A stretch of 32,000 bases of DNA, from NCBI RefSeq assembly GCF_000021865.1, contig NC_014034.1, positions 450,001-482,000 on the forward strand, written 5' to 3'. Below the pieces are notes generated by a model. The model worked only from the letters and a program-made list of their open reading frames with translations. It was not told the DNA's origin and made no database searches. Below, piece by piece: positions 1 to 8,343 of this stretch (position 1 is the stretch's first letter; each line of letters opens with the position of its first letter). A program made the position numbers and the translations under genes. Source of the DNA: Rhodobacter capsulatus SB 1003 (GTDB lineage Bacteria; Pseudomonadota; Alphaproteobacteria; Rhodobacterales; Rhodobacteraceae).

Positions 1-435
1 CACCATCACCCGCGAGCGCGGCGCCTCGCGCCGGGCACCAAACAGCGCATCACGGCGGGCGGCCAGACGCGCCGGGCCCGCGGCAAAGGTTTCAACGGTG
101 GGATAGCTTGCCACGCCTTCGCCGCCGATCATCGCCAGCGACGCCAGAACCGCATCGATCGAGGGGCGCACATGCGCCTCGGCCCGGCCAAGCGACGAAA
201 GGCCAAGCGAGGCCAAGGGCGCCTGAAACGGCACCAGATCGCCGCGCCGCAGCGCCAGATAATCGGCCAGATTGCGCGCCGAGGGCAGGAATTCGGGCCG
301 TCGCACCAGACCTTCCCAGCCTTCCATCGTCGCATCCGACCGCCGCACCAGATCGTCGCGCAAAGCCTCCAGCGCCCGTTGCAACCCACGCGCCTGCGCC
401 CGCCTTTCGCGGTATTCGACCTCATCGAGACTCAT
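1..435 (-). CDS. Pyruvate kinase-family protein, N-terminal part (CDS runs off the left edge)
   Basis: Absent from the ORF track because it stays open to position 1. The reverse complement from ATG (comp. 433-435) reads MSLDEVEYRERRAQARGLQRALEALRDDLVRRSDATMEGWEGLVRRPEFLPSARNLADYLALRRGDLVPFQAPLASLGLSSLGRAEAHVRPSIDAVLASL...ARREAPRSRVMV, exactly 145 codons, with G/C-rich third positions. The block LADYLALRR-DL...LGLSSLGR-E-HV, followed by R-R-VMV, matches what I recall of the N-terminal extension of a proteobacterial pyruvate kinase subfamily. This rests on memory only. Confidence 0.45.
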   Translation of the reverse strand, partial: MSLDEVEYRERRAQARGLQRALEALRDDLVRRSDATMEGWEGLVRRPEFLPSARNLADYLALRRGDLVPFQAPLASLGLSSLGRAEAHVRPSIDAVLASLAMIGGEGVASYPTVETFAAGPARLAARRDALFGARREAPRSRVMV

Positions 436-612
436 CACATCCTCCTGCCCTGATCGGGCGCAATTCTGCCGGGTCCGCATGACATGGACATGACGGGCAG
501 ATGACGGGTGCGCAGGCGTTTCGCCGCAGGCAAACCCTTGCAAGCTTCGCCCCCTTCCGATAGCAGAAGCGCGACGCCGGGCGCAGGGTCCGGACCAGAA
601 TTGGGGGGGAAG

Positions 613-1872
613 ATGCCGCTTCTCGTGATGAAATTCGGCGGCACCTCGGTGGCGGACCTCGACCGCATCGCGAATGCGGCGGCGAAGGTCAAGCGCGAGG
701 TCGACCGTGGCTACGATGTCATCGTGATCGTCTCGGCGATGTCGGGCAAGACGAACGAGCTTGTCGGCTGGGTCGAGGGCACCTCGCCCCTTTATGACGC
801 CCGCGAATATGACGCCGTCGTCGCCAGTGGCGAAAACGTCACCGCCGGTCTGATGGCGCTGCGGCTGCAGGAAATGGGCATCCCGGCGCGCAGCTGGCAG
901 GGCTGGCAGGTGCCGATCAACACCACCTCGGCGCATGGCTCGGCCCGGTTCAAGTCGATCCCGCGCGAGAATATCGACGCGAAATTCGCCGAGGGCATGA
1001 AGGTCGCGGTCGTCGCGGGCTTCCAGGGCCTGTCGGCCGAAAACCGCATCACCACGCTGGGCCGGGGCGGGTCCGACACGACCGCCGTCGCCTTTGCCGC
1101 CGCCTTTGCCGCGGAACGCTGCGACATCTACACCGATGTGGACGGCGTCTACACGACCGATCCGCGGATCAGCTCCAAGGCGCGCAAGCTGGACAAGATC
1201 GCGTTCGAGGAAATGCTCGAACTCGCCAGCCTTGGCGCCAAGGTGCTGCAAACGCGGTCCGTGGAACTGGCGATGCGCTTTGGCGTGCGGCTGCGGGTGC
1301 TCTCCTCCTTCGAGGAAACCGACGAAACTTCAGGAACCCTTGTCTGCGGGGAGGATGAAATCATGGAATCGAAAGTCGTCTCGGGGGTCGCCTATTCGCG
1401 CGACGAGGCCAAGATCACCCTCTTCACCATCGAAGACCGTCCGGGCGTCGCGCAGGCGATCTTCGGGCCGCTGGCCGAGGCCGGCGTGAACGTCGACATG
1501 ATCGTGCAGAACATCTCGGAAAAGGATTACGACGACAACCACCCGGGCGCCGTCACCGACATGACCTTTTCCTGCCCGATCAACCAGGTCGCCCGCGCGC
1601 AAAAGGCGCTGGAAGATGCCAAGACCGCGGGCAAGATCAAATATGACGAGCTGATCATCGACACCGATGTCGCCAAGGTCTCGGTCGTCGGCATCGGCAT
1701 GCGCTCGCAGGTGGGCGTCGCCGCGCGCACCTTTGAAGCGCTGGCCGCCGAAAACATCAACATCAAGGTCATCTCGACCTCGGAGATCAAGATTTCCGTG
1801 CTGATCGATCGGAAATATATGGAACTGGCCGTGCAGGCCCTCCATGATGCATTCGAGTTGGAGAAGGCCTGA
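613..1872 (+). CDS. lysC: Aspartokinase
   Basis: ORF 508..1872 trimmed to ATG 613, which follows a purine run GGGGGGGAAG. ATG 628 is an alternative start. The N-terminus MPLLVMKFGGTSVADLDRI carries the KFGGTS kinase motif. The C-terminal half has two ACT-like repeats (VSGVAYSRDEAKITL..., AKVSVVGIGMRSQVGVAA...). About 419 aa, typical for alphaproteobacterial LysC. Confidence 0.95.
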   Translation: MPLLVMKFGGTSVADLDRIANAAAKVKREVDRGYDVIVIVSAMSGKTNELVGWVEGTSPLYDAREYDAVVASGENVTAGLMALRLQEMGIPARSWQGWQVPINTTSAHGSARFKSIPRENIDAKFAEGMKVAVVAGFQGLSAENRITTLGRGGSDTTAVAFAAAFAAERCDIYTDVDGVYTTDPRISSKARKLDKIAFEEMLELASLGAKVLQTRSVELAMRFGVRLRVLSSFEETDETSGTLVCGEDEIMESKVVSGVAYSRDEAKITLFTIEDRPGVAQAIFGPLAEAGVNVDMIVQNISEKDYDDNHPGAVTDMTFSCPINQVARAQKALEDAKTAGKIKYDELIIDTDVAKVSVVGIGMRSQVGVAARTFEALAAENINIKVISTSEIKISVLIDRKYMELAVQALHDAFELEKA

Positions 1873-1911
1873 CACGCGGTTCAGGCCTCTAGAAACGGGG
1901 GCGCTCAGGCC

Positions 1912-4158
1912 ATGGTGGATCGCAGCGAAAGTGACAGCCGCACGCTGTTGCGCCGGTTGCGCGATACTTTGGCCACCCCCGGCGACGGACAGGACCGGCT
2001 GGATCGGATCACCCATCTGATCGCCCATTCGATGCGGACGCAGGTCTGCTCGATCTATCTGTTCCGCGACCCGGAAACGCTGGAACTTTGCGCCACCGAG
2101 GGGCTGAACCCCGAGGCGGTGCACAAGACCCGGATGCGGCTGGGCGAGGGGCTGGTGGGCCGCGTCGCCCGCACCGGCCAGCCCGCCAATACCGCCAATG
2201 CCCCCGCCGAACCGGGTTTCCGCTACATGCCGGAAACCGGCGAAGAGATTTACTCAAGCTTCCTTGGCGTGCCGATCCAGCGCGTCGGCGAGAAGCTGGG
2301 CGTGCTGGTCGTGCAATCGCGCGAGGCGCGGCTGTTCTCCGACGACGAGGTCTACGGGCTGGAAGTCGTTGCGATGGTGCTGGCGGAAATGACCGAACTG
2401 GGCGCCTTTACCGGCGATCAGGGCGGCATCGGCGCGGCGCATCGCTTCCCCGTGATGTTCCGCGGCTCGACCGGGCAGGAGGGCGCGGCCGAGGGCCGGG
2501 TCTGGCTGCATGAACCGCGCGTCGTGGTGACCAACCCGGTCGGCGATGATCCGGATGCGGAAAAGGCCCGGCTTGACGAGGCGGTCTCGACGCTGCAGGC
2601 GCAGATCGACGACATGCTGATCGGCTCGGCCAGCATGGACAAGGAACAGCGGCAGGTTCTGGAAGCCTACAAGATGCTGGCCCATTCGCGCGGCTGGGTC
2701 CGCCGGATGAGCGAGGACATCGACCTTGGCCTCTCCGCCGAAGCGGCGGTGGAAAAGGAGCAATCGACGGCGCGGGCACGGCTGGAACAATCGACCGACG
2801 CCTATCTGCGCGAACGGCTGCATGATCTGGACGACCTGTCGAACCGGCTGTTGCGGCTTCTGACCGGGCAGGGCAAGGACACCGGGGCGGAACTGCCGGA
2901 AAACCCGGTGCTGGTGGCGCGCAACATCGGCCCGGCCGAATTGCTGGATTACGGCCGCAAGCTCAAGGGTGTGGTGCTGGAAGAGGGCTCGGTCGGCAGC
3001 CATGCCGCCATCGTGGCCCGGGCGCTGGCGATTCCGCTGGTGATCCATGCGGCGCGAATCACCAACGAGGCGCTGAACGGCGATCCGATTCTGGTCGATG
3101 GCGATCAGGGCATCGTGCACCTGCGCCCCGAGGAAACCGTGGCCGCCGCCTTCCGCGACAAGATCGCGATGCAGGCCGAGGCGCAGAAACGCTATGCCGA
3201 TCTGCGCAACCAGCCCGCGGTGGACCGGGCGGGCAACCGGGTCAGCCTGATGATGAATGCCGGGCTGATGGCGGATCTGCCCTCGCTCAAGGGCTCGGGC
3301 GCCGATGGCGTCGGGCTGTTTCGCACCGAATTGCAATTCCTGATCCGCTCGCGCGTGCCGCGGCGGGGGGAACTGGCGGCGCTTTACAAGCGGGTGATCG
3401 ATGCGGCGCAGGGCGCCAAGGTGCAGTTCCGCACCCTCGACATCGGCTCGGACAAGGTGCTGCCCTACATGAAGCCGCAAGAGGAGCCGAACCCCGCGAT
3501 GGGCTGGCGGGCGATCCGGCTTGGCCTTGACAAGCCCGGCGTGCTGCGGATGCAGCTGCAGGCGCTGATCCGCGCGTCCGAGGGGCGGCCCTTGTCGGTG
3601 ATGTTCCCCTTTGTCGCCACGCCCGACGAATTCAACGCCGCGAAAGCCACGCTTTTGCGCGAAATCGACCGCGAGGCGACCTTGGGCCGCCCGGTGCCGT
3701 CGGACCTGCGGGTGGGGGCGATGCTGGAAACGCCGTCGCTCGCCTTTGCGCCCGACAGTTTCTTTGCCGGTTGCGATTTCATCTCGATCGGCGGCAACGA
3801 CCTGAAGCAGTTCTTCTTTGCCGCCGACCGCGAAAACGAACGCGTGCGGCGCCGCTATGACACGCTGGATGTCAGCTTCCTGGGCTTCATCGAGCAGATC
3901 ATCGCCCGCTGCGCCGCCAGCGACACCGCGCTCAGTTTCTGCGGCGAGGATGCGGGCCGCCCGATCGAGGCGCTGACCTTCGCCGCCCTTGGCATCCGCA
4001 AGCTGTCGATGCGCCCGGCCTCGATCGGGCCGGTCAAGCATCTGTTGCGCCGCGCCGATCTGACCGAGCTGAAAGCGGCGATCGACGCCGCGCGTGCGGG
4101 CGGCGTGCAGACGGTCCGCCCCGCGGTCACCGCCTATCTGGCCGGGTTGCAGGGCTGA
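1912..4158 (+). CDS. ptsP: Phosphoenolpyruvate-protein phosphotransferase of the nitrogen PTS (EI-Ntr): GAF domain plus PEP-utilising enzyme domains
   Basis: 748-aa ORF. The N-terminal region is GAF-like (VCSIYLFRDPETLELCATEGL...GEGLVGRVARTGQPANT). It has the phospho-His swivel motif EEGSVGSHAAIVARALAIP and a C-terminal PEP-binding TIM barrel (GVGLFRTELQF...MLETPS...ISIGGNDL). It lies 39 nt after lysC; lysC-ptsP linkage is common in alphaproteobacteria. Confidence 0.92.
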   Translation: MVDRSESDSRTLLRRLRDTLATPGDGQDRLDRITHLIAHSMRTQVCSIYLFRDPETLELCATEGLNPEAVHKTRMRLGEGLVGRVARTGQPANTANAPAEPGFRYMPETGEEIYSSFLGVPIQRVGEKLGVLVVQSREARLFSDDEVYGLEVVAMVLAEMTELGAFTGDQGGIGAAHRFPVMFRGSTGQEGAAEGRVWLHEPRVVVTNPVGDDPDAEKARLDEAVSTLQAQIDDMLIGSASMDKEQRQVLEAYKMLAHSRGWVRRMSEDIDLGLSAEAAVEKEQSTARARLEQSTDAYLRERLHDLDDLSNRLLRLLTGQGKDTGAELPENPVLVARNIGPAELLDYGRKLKGVVLEEGSVGSHAAIVARALAIPLVIHAARITNEALNGDPILVDGDQGIVHLRPEETVAAAFRDKIAMQAEAQKRYADLRNQPAVDRAGNRVSLMMNAGLMADLPSLKGSGADGVGLFRTELQFLIRSRVPRRGELAALYKRVIDAAQGAKVQFRTLDIGSDKVLPYMKPQEEPNPAMGWRAIRLGLDKPGVLRMQLQALIRASEGRPLSVMFPFVATPDEFNAAKATLLREIDREATLGRPVPSDLRVGAMLETPSLAFAPDSFFAGCDFISIGGNDLKQFFFAADRENERVRRRYDTLDVSFLGFIEQIIARCAASDTALSFCGEDAGRPIEALTFAALGIRKLSMRPASIGPVKHLLRRADLTELKAAIDAARAGGVQTVRPAVTAYLAGLQG

Positions 4159-4177
4159 GACGTTGCAGGGCTGAGAC
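4146..4177. repeat. Perfect 16-bp tandem duplication spanning the ptsP stop codon
   Basis: GTTGCAGGGCTGAGAC appears at 4146-4161 and again at 4162-4177. A diverged third copy (GCTGCGGCGCGGGGCTCAGAC, 4178-4198) carries the TCA that is the stop codon of the convergent minus-strand gene. Confidence 0.9.
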
Positions 4178-4192
4178 GCTGCGGCGCGGGGC

Positions 4193-4456
4193 TCAGACCA
4201 TCGCGCCGATTTCGCGCAGCACGGTGCCGTTGCCGCACCAGTCCGGCGCCGAGCCGCGTTCCTCGGAATGTTCCGACAGATAGGCCAGGCAGCCCTCTGC
4301 CCCGGTGCAGCAGCGGCAGCGGTTGATCATCTGCGCGAAATCCGCCTGCGTCAGCAGCCCCTCGTGCATCGCCTCGGTGACGTTCACCCCCATCCGGCGG
4401 CCCATGCCGCGGGCGATCCAGAAATACAGATCGATGTTGCCCTGAATGCCCATCAT
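4193..4456 (-). CDS. Small Cys-rich protein of unknown function, paralogue 2 (I believe Pfam DUF6455-like)
   Basis: ORF 4193..4537 trimmed to ATG at comp. 4454-4456, giving MMGIQGNIDLYFWIARGMGRRMGVNVTEAMHEGLLTQADFAQMINRCRCCTGAEGCLAYLSEHSEERGSAPDWCGNGTVLREIGAMV (87 aa). This ATG overlaps the stop of the upstream paralogue as ATGA. It shares the motif RC-x2-C-x5-CL-x-[WY]LSEH...APD[YW]C-x-N with the neighbouring gene. Confidence 0.7.
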   Translation of the reverse strand: MMGIQGNIDLYFWIARGMGRRMGVNVTEAMHEGLLTQADFAQMINRCRCCTGAEGCLAYLSEHSEERGSAPDWCGNGTVLREIGAMV

Positions 4457-4770
4457 TTCTCTCCCTCGGCGTCTGCAAGAACCTGATCCGTGGCCAGCGC
4501 CGCCCGCAGGCGGGCCATCATCTCGCGATTGGTGCAATAGTCCGGCGCCTCGGCCGCGGCGGTCGCGTGCCCGTTCTCGCCGTCATGCTCCGAGAGCCAG
4601 TGCAGGCAGTCGGTCGGCTCCGGACAATCGGAGCAGCGCACCACCGCCGCGCGCCAGTCGTCGCCGCCCAGCTTTCCTTGCAGCATCATCTCGGTCAGAT
4701 TGACGCCGAGCGTCTGCGCCATGCGGTTCATCAGGGCGGCATGCCGATTCAGGGTCTTCCGTCCGTGCAT
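4453..4770 (-). CDS. Small Cys-rich protein of unknown function, paralogue 1 (I believe Pfam DUF6455-like)
   Basis: ORF 4453..4881 trimmed to ATG at comp. 4768-4770, with AAGGAA 7 nt upstream. It reads MHGRKTLNRHAALMNRMAQTLGVNLTEMMLQGKLGGDDWRAAVVRCSDCPEPTDCLHWLSEHDGENGHATAAAEAPDYCTNREMMARLRAALATDQVLADAEGEK (105 aa). It aligns along its length with the downstream gene. Confidence 0.7.
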   Translation of the reverse strand: MHGRKTLNRHAALMNRMAQTLGVNLTEMMLQGKLGGDDWRAAVVRCSDCPEPTDCLHWLSEHDGENGHATAAAEAPDYCTNREMMARLRAALATDQVLADAEGEK

Positions 4771-4847
4771 AAGCAATTCCTTGTTCCGGGCAGGGTCGTA
4801 CAAATCATCTGCCGCAGGTGTCGAATTGCCATGATTCAGATCAATCT

Positions 4848-4881
4848 TTGCGCGAGGCGCCCGGTGTTCGCGCTCGCGCAA
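4848..4881 (-). terminator. Stem-loop between the M48 peptidase gene and the small Cys-rich gene pair (possible terminator or regulatory hairpin)
   Basis: 9-bp perfect inverted repeat: TTGCGCGAG (4848-4856) and CTCGCGCAA (4873-4881), with a 16-nt GC-rich loop. It lies 34 nt downstream of the M48 stop on the minus strand. There is no clear U-tract. Confidence 0.3.
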
Positions 4882-4914
4882 TCGGATATGCCGGGGAATT
4901 GGGCAGGCTGCGGA

Positions 4915-5667
4915 TCAAAAACCGCGGAAAGTGCCCCGGCGCAGCGCCGCGGTGACCCGGTGCACGACGGCGATGCGCTCGCCATTGGCCGGATGGGTGC
5001 CAAGGAAGCTGTGCCCGGGATCGGGCAGGCGGGTGAAGAACAGCGCCCCGCGTTCCGGGTCATAGCCCGCATTCCAGGCGATCACCGTGCCCAGCGCATC
5101 GGCCTGCAATTCGTAATCCTTCGAATAGGCGCGCGCGCCCATTTCCGCGCCGAAATCGCGTGCCTGCGCGACGCCATCGGCATCCGCCCCCGAAGCCGCC
5201 GCCAAGGCCCCCAGAATCAGCGCCCCCTTGGACGCGTCCGAGGTCTTCTGCTCCAGATGCCCCAGAATGTAATGCGCCGCCTCGTGGCCCATGACAAAGG
5301 CCAGCTCGTCGCGGTTGCGGGCCTCGGCGATCAGCGCCAGGTTGAAGGCGACGATCGGCCGGCCGCGGTCATCAAGGGTCTGAAAGGCGTTCGGCTGCGG
5401 CTCGGGGCGTTCATCGACCATCACCTGATAGTCGCAATTGCGCCGCCCGTGCGAGCGCGCCAGACATTCGCTTTCGATCCGCGGTTCCATGTCCTGCGCG
5501 ACGGCCAGAAAGTTCGCCGCGGCGGTCCGGGCATCGGGGCCGGTTTCCACCGTCACCACCGGCGGCTTCGGCCGCGGCAGGGATGCGCGACCGGCCCCGG
5601 ACTGCGGGGCGTCACAGGCGGCCAGCGCCAGCGGCACGGCAAGAAGGACAAGGAAGCGGCGCGGCAT
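4915..5667 (-). CDS. M48-family zinc metallopeptidase, predicted lipoprotein
   Basis: ORF 4915..6057 trimmed to ATG at comp. 5665-5667. The N-terminus MPRRFLVLLAVPLALAACD is a signal peptide with a lipobox (LAAC). The zinc motif is FVMGHEAAHYILGH (HExxH), and a downstream YELQADALG block is typical of M48. 250 aa. The upstream 130 codons of the track ORF are the antisense shadow of the gene at 5794..6045. Confidence 0.8.
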   Translation of the reverse strand: MPRRFLVLLAVPLALAACDAPQSGAGRASLPRPKPPVVTVETGPDARTAAANFLAVAQDMEPRIESECLARSHGRRNCDYQVMVDERPEPQPNAFQTLDDRGRPIVAFNLALIAEARNRDELAFVMGHEAAHYILGHLEQKTSDASKGALILGALAAASGADADGVAQARDFGAEMGARAYSKDYELQADALGTVIAWNAGYDPERGALFFTRLPDPGHSFLGTHPANGERIAVVHRVTAALRRGTFRGF

Positions 5668-5793
5668 GGATCGCAGGCCCGGAACAAATGTGCCGCAATA
5701 GTAACGGCGCTGCCCGCGGGTGCAATCACCTTCGGCCAGATCACCGAAATGTTTGCCCTTTTCGTGCCGCGCCCGCCGCGCTAGCATTGCGCC

Positions 5794-6045
5794 ATGTTCA
5801 CCATCGAGCACGAATTCGACGCCACCGTGATCACCCTCGTCGACGAGGGCGACGATCCGCGCGACTATCTGCAGGAAGACATCACCATCCAGTCCTTCGA
5901 GGATTGCGTGGTGGTCGAGCAGATGGACGAGACCACCGAAACCGTGGTGCGGGTGGTGTTTTCGCATGCGCAGCTGCGCGAACTGGCCGCCGCCCTCGAT
6001 CTGCCCGAAGGCGTCTATCGGTTGCAATCCAGAACGAAGGCCTGA
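5794..6045 (+). CDS. Small acidic hypothetical protein (83 aa)
   Basis: MFTIEHEFDATVITLVDEGDDPRDYLQEDITIQSFEDCVVVEQMDETTETVVRVVFSHAQLRELAAALDLPEGVYRLQSRTKA. Third positions are G/C-rich, unlike the overlapping antisense frame. It is divergent from the M48 gene. I recognise no domain. Confidence 0.6.
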   Translation: MFTIEHEFDATVITLVDEGDDPRDYLQEDITIQSFEDCVVVEQMDETTETVVRVVFSHAQLRELAAALDLPEGVYRLQSRTKA

Positions 6046-6126
6046 TCCCGGCCGCACCCGCGCGAGGGGCGTATTTTTGCCAAGAAGAAACGATGCGGTT
6101 TTTCCTGGTCCAAATACGCCGGGGGT

Positions 6127-6145
6127 CCGGGGGCAGCGCCCCCGG
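6127..6145. terminator. GC hairpin between convergent genes (5794..6045 plus strand, panC minus strand)
   Basis: CCGGGGGC-agc-GCCCCCGG: 8-bp stem, 3-nt loop, 6 nt beyond the panC stop. It is flanked by a second inverted repeat, GGCGTATTT (6068-6076) and AAATACGCC (6112-6120). U-tracts are weak on both strands. Confidence 0.4.
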
Positions 6146-6150
6146 CTTGG

Positions 6151-6990
6151 TCACACCGCGATATTGTCGATCAGCCGCACGTCGCCCAGATGGACGGCGG
6201 CCAGAATCCGCGCCGGTTCCGACAGTTCGGTGATCGGCCGCAGCCCCTCGGCGCTGCGCAGATCCAGGTAATCCCAGGCACCGAAACCCGCTGCGCCGAT
6301 CGCGGCCTTCGCGGCCTCAAGCGTCGCCGTCACCGGGGCCCCGGCCCGGATCGCCGCCGCCGCCGCCTGCATCTCCGCATGCAGCCGCGGCGCCAGCGCG
6401 CGGTGTTCGGGGCTCAGCCGCACATTGCGCGAGGACATCGCCAGACCGTCCTCTTCGCGGATCGTGGGGCAGGGGATGATGCGGATCGGCACGTTCAGGT
6501 CTTCGACCATGCGCTTGACCACCTGCACCTGCTGCCAGTCCTTCTCGCCAAAGAAGGCGCGGCCCGCCTGGGTCATGCCGAACAGCTTCATCACCACCGT
6601 CGCCACGCCCTCGAAATGGCCGGGGCGGAAGGCGCCTTCGAGCGGTTCGGACACGCCCGAGACCGCAACCACGGTGGCGAAGCCGTCCGGGTAGACCTCG
6701 TGCACGCCGGGGGCGAAAAGCACATCCACCCCCTCGGCCTCGAGCAGCGCCAGATCGTGATCCTCGTCGCGCGGGTATTTCTCCAGATCGTCCTTGTTGT
6801 TGAACTGCATCGGGTTGACGAAGATCGTCACGATCACCCGGTCGGATTGCTTGCGGGCCTCGCGCACCAGCGACAGATGGCCGTCATGCAGCGCCCCCAT
6901 CGTCGGCACGACACCGACCAGCATGCCCGAGCGTTTCCAGGTCGCCACCTTCTCGCGCAGTTCGGCCGAGGTGCGGATCACTTGCGTCAT
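6151..6990 (-). CDS. panC: Pantoate--beta-alanine ligase
   Basis: ORF 6151..7176 trimmed to ATG at comp. 6988-6990, giving [45 protein letters not shown] (PTMG-LH-GH motif). 279 aa. The start overlaps the panB stop as ATGA. Confidence 0.95.
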   Translation of the reverse strand: MTQVIRTSAELREKVATWKRSGMLVGVVPTMGALHDGHLSLVREARKQSDRVIVTIFVNPMQFNNKDDLEKYPRDEDHDLALLEAEGVDVLFAPGVHEVYPDGFATVVAVSGVSEPLEGAFRPGHFEGVATVVMKLFGMTQAGRAFFGEKDWQQVQVVKRMVEDLNVPIRIIPCPTIREEDGLAMSSRNVRLSPEHRALAPRLHAEMQAAAAAIRAGAPVTATLEAAKAAIGAAGFGAWDYLDLRSAEGLRPITELSEPARILAAVHLGDVRLIDNIAV

Positions 6991-7811
6991 TTCTTCACCT
7001 CGTCGAAGAAGGAAAACTCCGGGGCCGGAAAGGCCCGGCTGCGGACCTCGGCGGCATAGGCGGCGACGGCCTCGGCGGCGGTGCGGCCCAGTTCCGCATA
7101 GCGCTTGACGAATTTCGGCCGGAAATCGGTGAACAGCCCCAGCATGTCGTCGATCACCAGCACCTGACCGTCGCAATCGACCCCGGCGCCGATGCCGATC
7201 GTCGGAATCGCGATCATCGCCGAAATCTCGCCCGCCAGCTCTGCGGGCACCTTTTCCAGCACCACCGAAAACGCCCCGGCCTCGGTCACCGCCAGCGCAT
7301 CGGCATTCAGCCGGTCACCATCCGCGCCGCGGCCCTGCACCTTGTAGCCGCCCAAGGTGTTCACCGATTGCGGCGTCAGACCGATATGCGCCATCACCGG
7401 AATGCCGCGCGCCACCAGAAAGGCGATGGTCTCGGCCATGTGCACGCCGCCCTCGAGCTTCACCGCGCCCGCGCCGCTTTCCGCCATGATCCGCGCGGCA
7501 TTGCGGAAGGCCTGTTCCGGCCCTTCCTCGTAGCTGCCAAAGGGCATGTCGATGACGACGAGCGCGCGGTCAGACCCCCGCATCACCGCCCGGCCGTGCA
7601 GGATCATCATCTCCATCGTCACGCCCAGCGTCGAGGGCAGGCCATGCAGCACCATCCCCACCGAATCGCCGACCAGCAGCACGTCGCAGGCCGGATCGGC
7701 CAGCCGCGCGACGGGTGTCGTATAGGCGGTCAGAACCACCACCGGCGCCTTGCCCTTCAGCGCCAGAATATCCGAAGGCATCAGCCGTTTCAGGCTTGCG
7801 GTCGCGCTCAT
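6987..7811 (-). CDS. panB: 3-methyl-2-oxobutanoate hydroxymethyltransferase
   Basis: ORF 6987..8093 trimmed to ATG at comp. 7809-7811, preceded by GGGAGAGGGAGGGAAGC. It reads [58 protein letters not shown]...KLEGG..., the typical PanB pattern. 274 aa. Confidence 0.95.
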   Translation of the reverse strand: MSATASLKRLMPSDILALKGKAPVVVLTAYTTPVARLADPACDVLLVGDSVGMVLHGLPSTLGVTMEMMILHGRAVMRGSDRALVVIDMPFGSYEEGPEQAFRNAARIMAESGAGAVKLEGGVHMAETIAFLVARGIPVMAHIGLTPQSVNTLGGYKVQGRGADGDRLNADALAVTEAGAFSVVLEKVPAELAGEISAMIAIPTIGIGAGVDCDGQVLVIDDMLGLFTDFRPKFVKRYAELGRTAAEAVAAYAAEVRSRAFPAPEFSFFDEVKK

Positions 7812-8001
7812 GCTTCCCTCCCTCTCCCTTGCGGGTTTCCTACCCTTTCCGTTCGGTAAATGCAAAGTGACAACGCCGCGACGCAGCAACCGCCGCCGCG
7901 TCTTTCGTCGCAGCCCGGCTTTCGCTTTCATCTTGCCGGAAATATCCTGGGGTCCGGGGCAAGGCCCCGGCTTTGTCCTCTCAACCGCGAAGGCCGCTTT
8001 C

Positions 8002-8340
8002 ATGCTGATCGAACGTCTGACGCCCGTCGGCGATCCGGAAATCACCCGTCCCGACCCCGCACGTCTGATCGAAGGCGATCCCGTGCACCGCAACTGGACC
8101 GCCGAGGAGGAGGCGGGCCTTTATTGCGGCATTTGGGAAAGCACGCCGGGCGCCTGGCGGGTGTGTTATGACGAATGGGAATATTGCCGCATTCTGGCGG
8201 GCCGCTCGGTGATCGAGGGCGCCGCGGGCACGCGGCTGGAGGTCGGCCCGGGGGATGCGTTCCTGATCCGGCCGGGCTTTCAGGGGATCTGGCGGGTGAT
8301 CGAAACCACCCGCAAGGATTATGTGATCCTGATCCGCTAG
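8002..8340 (+). CDS. Cupin domain protein (DUF861/EutQ-like small cupin)
   Basis: ORF 7750..8340 trimmed to ATG 8002, giving [109 protein letters not shown]. The pattern (G-W-...-Y-EWE.C.IL.G...G..F.G.W.V....K.Y) is what I recall for the cupin_3 family. Confidence 0.75.
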   Translation: MLIERLTPVGDPEITRPDPARLIEGDPVHRNWTAEEEAGLYCGIWESTPGAWRVCYDEWEYCRILAGRSVIEGAAGTRLEVGPGDAFLIRPGFQGIWRVIETTRKDYVILIR

Positions 8341-8343
8341 GGA

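Noticed and set aside
537-547. 11-mer CTTGCAAGCTT shared by the lysC upstream region and the prpE upstream region (24839-24849)
   Set aside because: Among about 10^9 position pairs in a 32-kb window, identical 11-mers are expected by chance many times over. At lysC the hexamer is well placed as a -35 box. This is not evidence of a shared element on its own.
508-612. 35-codon N-terminal extension of lysC in the track (MRRRFAAGKPLQ...)
   Set aside because: The extension is Arg/Pro/Ser/Gly-rich and precedes the universally N-terminal KFGGTS motif by too far. ATG 613 sits right after a purine-rich SD-like run. Analogous upstream extensions were trimmed for panC, panB, the cupin, creatinase, the RND adaptor, M48, cybB, the kinase, prpE, maeB, cdd, deoB and upp.
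2254-4041. 595-aa minus-strand ORF
   Set aside because: Antisense to ptsP. Arg/His/Gly-rich with no family resemblance.
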